Shown: positions 37,976-44,028 of the stretch, piece by piece
Layout: every line of letters starts with the position of its first letter
Numbering within the stretch: position 1 is the stretch's first letter
Translations under genes and position numbers: made by a program
From: Candidatus Zixiibacteriota bacterium
GTDB lineage: Bacteria > Zixibacteria > MSB-5A5 > WJJR01
DNA length: 44,028 nt
NCBI GenBank assembly: GCA_036170655.1
Contig: JAVHPP010000063.1
Location: 1-44,028 of the forward strand
Reading direction: 5' to 3'
The notes under the pieces: model-generated
Seen by the model: the letters and a program-made list of their open reading frames with translations, nothing else
Databases searched by the model: none
Told to the model about the DNA's origin: nothing

Positions 37976-38527
37976 ATGGCATTGGCAGATACGATCAGAC
38001 AGATGCTCAAGGAGATGGGCGAGGACCCCGGGCGCGAGGGTCTTCTGAAAACCCCGGAACGTGTCGCCCGGTCTCTGGAACTCTTGACCAGCGGGTATCA
38101 ACAGGACCCCAAGACCATCATCAACGAAGCGATGTTCACTGAAGATACTCAGGAAATGGTGGTGTTGCGCGACGTCGATTTCTTCAGTTTGTGCGAACAC
38201 CATCTTTTGCCCTTCTTTGGCAAGTGCCACCTGGCGTACATCCCCGACCGTAAGATCATTGGGCTGTCGAAACTGGCGCGCGTGGTTGATATGTATGCCC
38301 GCCGTCTGCAGGTGCAGGAACGTCTCACCAAGCAGATCGCCGACACCATCGACCAGGCATTGAAGCCGCTGGGCGTGGCCGTTGTCATGGAGGCCGAGCA
38401 TCTTTGCATGCAAATGCGCGGCGTCGAGAAACAAAACTCCGTTGCCGTCACATCCACCCTGCTGGGCGCGTTCAAAGACAGTCCCGGCACCCGCGCTGAA
38501 TTCCTCAATCTGATCCGTCGGACGTAG
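37976..38527 (+). CDS. folE: GTP cyclohydrolase I
   Basis: [48 protein letters not shown]. Confidence 0.96.
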   Translation: MALADTIRQMLKEMGEDPGREGLLKTPERVARSLELLTSGYQQDPKTIINEAMFTEDTQEMVVLRDVDFFSLCEHHLLPFFGKCHLAYIPDRKIIGLSKLARVVDMYARRLQVQERLTKQIADTIDQALKPLGVAVVMEAEHLCMQMRGVEKQNSVAVTSTLLGAFKDSPGTRAEFLNLIRRT

Positions 38528-38583
38528 TCACGGATCTGACCGCAAGGCGGCGTTCGCGGATGAGGACTTCCCGGCCAGTTGTT

Positions 38584-38916
38584 CTACTGTGGGCAAACAG
38601 GCTCAGGCGCCTGTCGGAAGAGGAAATCGATCAAAATGACGACGTCAACGCTGTTCACAAGATGATCGCAGTTGACGTCTCCGGTAATCGGCAGGGAATC
38701 GCCGGGGAAATCCACGATTGCCTTGATGAGCTGTACTACGTCGAGGAGATTGCGGTGGCAGTCTCCATTGACATCCCCCATCAGACCCAACTGGTGGCCG
38801 TCGCAGGCAACGGCGGGCGCCAACGTCATTCCGGAAAAGGCGGCGGGTGCGATCAATGCCGGGGACACCACGAGCAGAATGAGCGCGACACGCTTCGCTG
38901 TCTTGAGTGTTCTCAT
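38584..38916 (-). CDS. Small secreted dockerin type I-like protein
   Basis: Signal peptide, then the duplicated GDVNGDCHRNLLDVVQLI / GDVNCDHLVNSVDVVILIDFLF. Confidence 0.75.
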   Translation of the reverse strand: MRTLKTAKRVALILLVVSPALIAPAAFSGMTLAPAVACDGHQLGLMGDVNGDCHRNLLDVVQLIKAIVDFPGDSLPITGDVNCDHLVNSVDVVILIDFLFRQAPEPVCPQ

Positions 38917-39228
38917 AAGATCATGACCTCGCCATTGATCTTCCACGTGCTGTTCTTGCTGCCACCTCTGGCGCAACTGCTGTCATTGCAATATAATAAA
39001 AATCGCCGTTTTCGCATTCTCTTTTCTCGGGGTGTGTGGGATCCCGTGTATCCTGTTGAATCGTTTTCACTTGCGAAGATCCCGGGGGGATTTACCTTGG
39101 ACTCTCTATCAGACTGAATGTCCACGTACTCGATGATGGGGGAAAGCGGTCTGGATCAATCAGGATGCCATCAATTCCACGGGAGGGGAGGCTCCTGCCG
39201 AGCCTCTTTGTGCGCGGGGGGAAAAAAA

Positions 39229-39312
39229 CCGTAGGGTGGGTGCTCGGCACCCACCAGTACCTAATGGAGAATTTTCACCATAGATGGTGGGTGCAGAGCA
39301 CCTACCCTATGG
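39229..39312. repeat. GTAG-type REP doublet (REPIN-like)
   Basis: CCGTAGGGTGGGTGCTCGGCACCCACCA (39229-39256) and an inverted copy at 39285-39312 (25/28 match); each copy is itself palindromic. Confidence 0.75.
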
Positions 39313-39414
39313 CCCGGCGGTCAGCCGACCCCGCCATGTTTATCATGGCGCGCGGTCATTTTGTTGGAAGCCCTTGGCTTCTCAACGCAAGTGCAGCAAC
39401 ACGGAGGAAGAGCA

Positions 39415-39969
39415 ATGTCTGTCAAGTCCGATCGATGGATCAAGGAGATGGCCGCAGGACAGCGGATGATCGAGCCGTTCGCCGATCGCCAGATTCGGGA
39501 AGGCGTTATCTCCTACGGTGTCTCTTCGTATGGCTACGACATGCGGGTGGCGGACGAATTCAAGGTCTTCACGAACATGAGGACGACGGTCGTCGATCCG
39601 AAGCAGTTTGATCCCGCCGCCTTTGTTGAAATCAAAACGCCGGTCTGCACGATTCCGCCCAATTCGTTTGCGCTGGCGCGCTCGGTTGAGTACTTCCGCA
39701 TCCCCCGGCGCGTGATCACGATATGCCTGGGGAAATCGACCTATGCGCGCTGTGGGATCATTGTCAACGTGACGCCTTTTGAACCCGAATGGGAGGGCTT
39801 TGTCACGCTCGAAATTTCCAACACAAGTCCGCTGCCGGCGAAGGTCTACGCCAATGAAGGGATCGCGCAGGTGTTGTTTTTTGAATCGGACGAGGACTGC
39901 GAAATCTCCTACGCCGACAAGAAGGGGAAATACCAGGCACAGATGGCCATTACACTACCCAAGTTATGA
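39415..39969 (+). CDS. dcd: dCTP deaminase
   Basis: [55 protein letters not shown]. Confidence 0.96.
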   Translation: MSVKSDRWIKEMAAGQRMIEPFADRQIREGVISYGVSSYGYDMRVADEFKVFTNMRTTVVDPKQFDPAAFVEIKTPVCTIPPNSFALARSVEYFRIPRRVITICLGKSTYARCGIIVNVTPFEPEWEGFVTLEISNTSPLPAKVYANEGIAQVLFFESDEDCEISYADKKGKYQAQMAITLPKL

Positions 39970-40338
39970 GTTGGTTTCGTCCTTTGATGGATCCTCTGCC
40001 TCGAGATCCAAATGGAAGCGGTGCAGGAAGCGGTGGAAGGCGGGAGCGAAGAGCACACCGACAACGACCAGAAAGATGATTCCGGCGAACAGAGCATAGG
40101 CGGCGGCGAATATCTTACCTGTGGTCGTGTGCAATTCGCCGACCGGTCCCATACCTCCCAGAATCATGGCAGCGTTGACCAGTGCATCAATCCATGGGAA
40201 GCCTTCCAGCAGATGGTAGCCCAGGACGCCGATTCCCAGCGAGATCACGACAAGTCCCAGTGCGATGCCGGCGTGCAGGAAAAGACGGTGGATGTACGCC
40301 GGTCTTGGGAGCAGTGGCTTGCTTCGATGTTCAAACAT
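39964..40338 (-). CDS. Small two-TM membrane protein (ion-channel pore-like)
   Basis: TM - [22 protein letters not shown] - TTGKIFA - TM, His-rich tail. Confidence 0.7.
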   Translation of the reverse strand: MFEHRSKPLLPRPAYIHRLFLHAGIALGLVVISLGIGVLGYHLLEGFPWIDALVNAAMILGGMGPVGELHTTTGKIFAAAYALFAGIIFLVVVGVLFAPAFHRFLHRFHLDLEAEDPSKDETNS

Positions 40339-40402
40339 GGTCGCCCTCTCTTTCCATTTTGTCTGTGCAGGCGCCGGCCATCTGAGGATGCCGGCGCGCG
40401 GC

Positions 40403-41272
40403 TTAATCACGTTCAAGCCGGATCGCCCACACGACACCGATGACGATCGGGATTGCCCCGATCAGTGCGGACCGGCCCGGGTATTCGGAAAGAACGACTG
40501 CCGCGAGGATGGTGGCAACAAGGGGTTCACCGAGGATGGTCGTTGCCACCGTATGGGCTGGGTAGTCCTTCAACGCACGGTTGTACAAGGTATGTCCGAT
40601 GACCGAAGGCCCCAGACCGGCCAGAACGATCCAGAACCAGCTCGATACCGGGAATCCCGACAGAGGACTGTGGACAAGGAGCGCCCAGATTCCCAGCGTC
40701 ACTGCTGCCGTGGTGTACGAAACCAGCACATAACCGAAGGTCGAGACGGTGCGCCGCACCTGCCGTCCCACGACAAAGTACGCCGCCGCCATCACGGCGC
40801 CGATCAAAGCCAGCCCATCTCCGTACCATCCTCCCGCTTGGGGATTGCCGCCCGATATCACGGCCGCGCCCACCAATGCGAGGGCGATCGCGGCAAAAGC
40901 CGCTGGCCGGACCCGCTCGCCGAGATACCAAATGCTCAGCAGAGCGGCAAACACCGGCTGCGTCGTGACAATCAGCACCGAGTTGGCCACCGAGGTGTGT
41001 GACAGCGAACTGATCCATGAGCCGAAATGGAGCGCGAGCAAGATACCCGACGCAACCGACCGCCAGAATAGCGAACGGTCAATGCCGGCCAAGTCACGTC
41101 CTCCACGCATGAACACGATGGCGGCAATGGTCAATGCCGCCACGGCCAGACGATAGAAAGCGACACTGATGGGCGGGGCATTGGCCAGACGGATCAGAAC
41201 TGCCGCCGGGCCGACAGACAGGATGGCGAAAACCAAGTAGACGGGCGATGTGGGCCGCGCGGGAATTGTCAC
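40403..41272 (-). CDS. EamA/DMT-family transporter
   Basis: About 10 TM segments; AFYRL, LALHF..W..SL..TSVA, IGHTL.N.AL, LGEP. Confidence 0.9.
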   Translation of the reverse strand: MTIPARPTSPVYLVFAILSVGPAAVLIRLANAPPISVAFYRLAVAALTIAAIVFMRGGRDLAGIDRSLFWRSVASGILLALHFGSWISSLSHTSVANSVLIVTTQPVFAALLSIWYLGERVRPAAFAAIALALVGAAVISGGNPQAGGWYGDGLALIGAVMAAAYFVVGRQVRRTVSTFGYVLVSYTTAAVTLGIWALLVHSPLSGFPVSSWFWIVLAGLGPSVIGHTLYNRALKDYPAHTVATTILGEPLVATILAAVVLSEYPGRSALIGAIPIVIGVVWAIRLERD

Positions 41273-41354
41273 ACCGCTCCCTCATCCCCGGAGTAACGGC
41301 AGGGCCGGTCGCGCTTCCCGCGTTACAGAGATCGCGGAACCGGAGAATGCATCT

Positions 41355-41711
41355 CTACTGCGAGACGATGAGACTCTCATACGCGCTCTGCGAGAATCCG
41401 ATCAGCATCTTCTTTCCGGCGATCAAAATCGGCCGTCGCAGCAGCGTTGGGTCCGCCATGATGGCGGTGACCGCTTCCGTCTTAGACGGAGATTTCCCGT
41501 CCCAGCCGTGCTCTTTGTACGATTTGGCGCGGGTGCTCAGGAACTCCGACAGGGGCGCTGTCCCAATCAGTCTCAACAGCTCGGCGGCCGTGAACGGATT
41601 CTTGAAATAATCCCGGCTTTCAAAGGCCACGTTGTGTTCCTGCAAGAAACTTCTTGCCTTCAGGCAGGATGTTCAGGTGAACTTGCCGTAAAGCCTCAAC
41701 GGAGTTGTCAT
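41355..41711 (-). CDS. ArsC/Spx-family thioredoxin-fold selenoprotein (Sec13 in UxxC)
   Basis: GGAG RBS + ATG 41711: MTTPLRLYGKFT-TGA-TSCLKARSFL...DYFKNP...PTLLRRPIL...IGF. The in-frame TGA (41673-41675) occupies the first Cys of the family CxxC. Confidence 0.88.
41638..41669 (-). promoter_or_regulatory. Bacterial SECIS-like hairpin
   Basis: After the UGA: upper stem GCAAGA/UCUUGC (+16 to +31) with loop AGUU, lower pairing UCCU/AGGA. Confidence 0.65.
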
Positions 41712-41757
41712 AGCATTCTCCATGGCAAAGTCGCGGGTTTACTGGTCGTTGTTGCTC

Positions 41758-42198
41758 TTAGGTAGAATCCCACCGTTTTGGCGGATTGATTCCCAGCAGG
41801 CGCAGGTCAACGATGAGTTGGCCGCGGTGATGGGCATCATGCTCAAGCATGACCAGCGCTGATTGCATGACAGTCATTCTGAATCCGTCGGGCAGAGAGA
41901 TTTCTCGTGCCCAATCGTCATCGACGATCTGGCTCAAGATTTCATTGACGCGCTGTACCGCCACTGTCAAGTGTGCAACCGGACCGTCAACGGGACAGAC
42001 TGCATCCGGAATCGCCAAGGTCGTCGCAATCGGTGCGATTGCATAGTCCAGATTGAGTGCCACATGCTCGATCTGTTCTCCGACGGTCATCGAATGAGCG
42101 GCCGGCCAAAAGTCGAGTTTGTCTTCCGGAAATGCCCTGGCCACCTCGACGGTGGCTCGCAAGGCGCGTTCCAAATGTTCGGCAATGGGATGCGCCAC
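41758..42198 (-). CDS. DinB/YfiT-family protein
   Basis: FPEDKLDFWP....MTVGEQIEH and EHDAHHRGQL...LRLLGI.PP; GTG start right after the methyltransferase stop. Confidence 0.88.
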   Translation of the reverse strand: MAHPIAEHLERALRATVEVARAFPEDKLDFWPAAHSMTVGEQIEHVALNLDYAIAPIATTLAIPDAVCPVDGPVAHLTVAVQRVNEILSQIVDDDWAREISLPDGFRMTVMQSALVMLEHDAHHRGQLIVDLRLLGINPPKRWDST

Positions 42199-42199
42199 G

Positions 42200-42847
42200 T
42201 TACGCTCCGACCTTGATCGAAATCGACAAGCCGTCACGAATTGGAATCGCGGTCGAGAACAAGTCCGGGTCCGCGAAGATCAAACGCGTGAATTCGCGTA
42301 TCCCTTCGGTCGCTGGGTCGTGCACTGCCGGGTCGGCGACCTTCCCGCTCCAGAGGATGTTGTCGGCAATGAGTATCCCGCCACGGCGCAGCCGCGGTTT
42401 CGCCAGAGCCAGCGCCGCCGAATACTGTTCCTTGCCGATGTCGCACATCACCAGATCGAACGGGCCTTTTTCACGACGAAACAACTCCAGCGCATCACCC
42501 TGTCTGATGTCGGCACGCTCCGTCAGTCCGCCACGACTGAAGTATGCTCGGGCACGGGCGACGTTCTGCGGGTTGTTCTCGGTTCCAATGACCAGGCCGC
42601 CGGCGCTCATCGCTTTCGCCATCCAATACAGGGAATACCCGTACCCGGAGCCGAGTTCGAAGATACGACGCGCGCCGGAGATCACCGCAAGAGCATAGAG
42701 AATTCTGCCGCACTGAGCGCCGATGTAAGGGAAGTTATGCTGCTCCCCATATTCTTCCATCTCACGGAGAATCGGGTCCGACGCCGGACGGACTTTCTCG
42801 AGGTAGGCGTGGATATCCGGATGGGTGATGGAAAGGTCAGTGGACAT
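42200..42847 (-). CDS. SAM-dependent O-methyltransferase (COMT/caffeoyl-CoA type)
   Basis: ARRIFELGSGYGYS, GDAL, FDLVMCDIGKEQY, GGILIADNILWSG, PIRDGL. Confidence 0.92.
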   Translation of the reverse strand: MSTDLSITHPDIHAYLEKVRPASDPILREMEEYGEQHNFPYIGAQCGRILYALAVISGARRIFELGSGYGYSLYWMAKAMSAGGLVIGTENNPQNVARARAYFSRGGLTERADIRQGDALELFRREKGPFDLVMCDIGKEQYSAALALAKPRLRRGGILIADNILWSGKVADPAVHDPATEGIREFTRLIFADPDLFSTAIPIRDGLSISIKVGA

Positions 42848-42853
42848 TGAGCC

Positions 42854-43789
42854 TCAATGGTTTTGCGACTCGATATATCGCTCCGCATCGATGGCCGCCA
42901 TGCACCCGCTGCCCGCGGCGGTGACCGCCTGACGATACACATGGTCTTGGACATCGCCGCAGGCGAAGATACCCTCGACGGATGTCTTTGTGCCGTCATG
43001 TGTGATGATGTACCCCTTCTTGTCGAGTGTCACCTGACCGTCGAGAAAATCGGTGTTGGGAACGTGACCGATGGCGAGAAATAGTCCCTCGATGGGCATC
43101 TGGCTTGTCGAACCATTGGCCGTATTCTTCAGTTGCAATCCGCTGATCCCGTTCTCCGGTGTCCCCAGCACCTCGGTGACGGTTGTGTTCAGCAGGAACT
43201 CGATCTTGGAATTTGCCTGTGCCTTTTTCTGCATGATTTTTGAAGCGCGGAACTGGTCGCGGCGGTGGATGACGGTGACCTTCGCCGCAAACTTTGTCAG
43301 GAATGTGCTTTCTTCCATAGCGGAGTCGCCGCCACCGACAACCGCAATCTTCTTGCCCCGGAAAAAGAAACCATCGCAGGTTGCGCAGGCGGAAACGCCA
43401 TACCCCATGAGGCGTTTCTCGGATTCGAGGTCCAAGAGCAACGCGCGCGCGCCAGAGGAGATGATGATGGCGTCGCCGGTGAACGTCTCGTTGTCCGTGA
43501 AGACCTGGTGAGGCGGGCCGGAGAAATCCACCTTCGTGACACGCTGCTGTTTGATAATCGCGCCGAAACGGGCGGCTTGCTCGCGGAAATCATTCATGAG
43601 CTCCGGTCCCATGATGCCCTTGGGAAACCCGGGGTAATTCTCCACTTCGGTCGTAATGGTCAATTGCCCGCCGGGTTGTTCGCCTTCAAAGACCAGGGGC
43701 GCAAGATCAGCCCGCGCCGCATAGATGGCCGCAGTCAGACCGGCGGGACCTGTCCCGATGATGATGACCTTGTGATGATTTCTTGACAT
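42854..43789 (-). CDS. trxB: Thioredoxin reductase
   Basis: [63 protein letters not shown]. Confidence 0.97.
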   Translation of the reverse strand: MSRNHHKVIIIGTGPAGLTAAIYAARADLAPLVFEGEQPGGQLTITTEVENYPGFPKGIMGPELMNDFREQAARFGAIIKQQRVTKVDFSGPPHQVFTDNETFTGDAIIISSGARALLLDLESEKRLMGYGVSACATCDGFFFRGKKIAVVGGGDSAMEESTFLTKFAAKVTVIHRRDQFRASKIMQKKAQANSKIEFLLNTTVTEVLGTPENGISGLQLKNTANGSTSQMPIEGLFLAIGHVPNTDFLDGQVTLDKKGYIITHDGTKTSVEGIFACGDVQDHVYRQAVTAAGSGCMAAIDAERYIESQNH

Positions 43790-43960
43790 TACATCCTCGC
43801 TTGTTCTACGCTTGCGTTGTCCGCCAATCCATGTCGCAGAATTAGTAAATTACCACAATAACGCAGTCGAAGTCAACCGCGCCCTACCCTACTCTAAACC
43901 AAAGTGGGTTCCCTTGTCAGTGGTGAGCACAATCGGGGGGAGGCATCTCCGGTGGCCGAG

Positions 43961-44000
43961 AAAAATCCGCCCCGCCTGTGCAAAGTGCACGGCGGGGCGG
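43961..44000 (-). terminator. Probable Rho-independent terminator of a gene beyond the window
   Basis: Minus strand CCGCCCCGCCGTGCAC-TTT-GCACAGGCGGGGCGG-ATTTTT. Confidence 0.6.
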
Positions 44001-44028
44001 CACCATATCCCCCCGGTCGGCGGGGGGG

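Overview
GC-rich bacterial chromosome window. A lone secreted dockerin-like protein is reminiscent of candidate division Zixibacteria, but that taxonomy is only an inference. The first ~4.6 kb is the accessory part: an initiator tRNA-Met gene followed by two related, tandem, integrase-less mini-islands. Each has a repaired tRNA 3' end, a terminator, arm-type repeats, a DUF3024 gene, cargo and a hairpin-rich right end. Island 1 carries a putative HEPN protein, a frameshifted GIY-YIG/T5orf172 gene and a RelE/HigB-HTH toxin-antitoxin pair; island 2 has lost almost all cargo. The rest looks like core genome: a secreted M16 peptidase, a di-heme peroxidase lipoprotein, a SLOG + AbiGi/ART-like fusion, MntR-MntH-USP, an Ehr-type (Ni-less hydrogenase-4-like) membrane complex led by an HTH-PTS EIIA gene, a cNMP-binding histidine kinase/DUF3307/soluble adenylate-cyclase-STAND-TPR operon, a GAF-PP2C phosphatase, patatin-POTRA-BamA, a pterin cluster (SDR, CDP-alcohol phosphotransferase, two in-frame PTPS ORFs, folE), dcd, and a trxB operon. 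That operon contains an ArsC/Spx-family selenoprotein (UGA in a UxxC motif plus a SECIS-like hairpin) that the ORF track truncates. No CRISPR array, rRNA, integrase or transposase was seen. All family calls come from motif recognition by eye, not from database searches.
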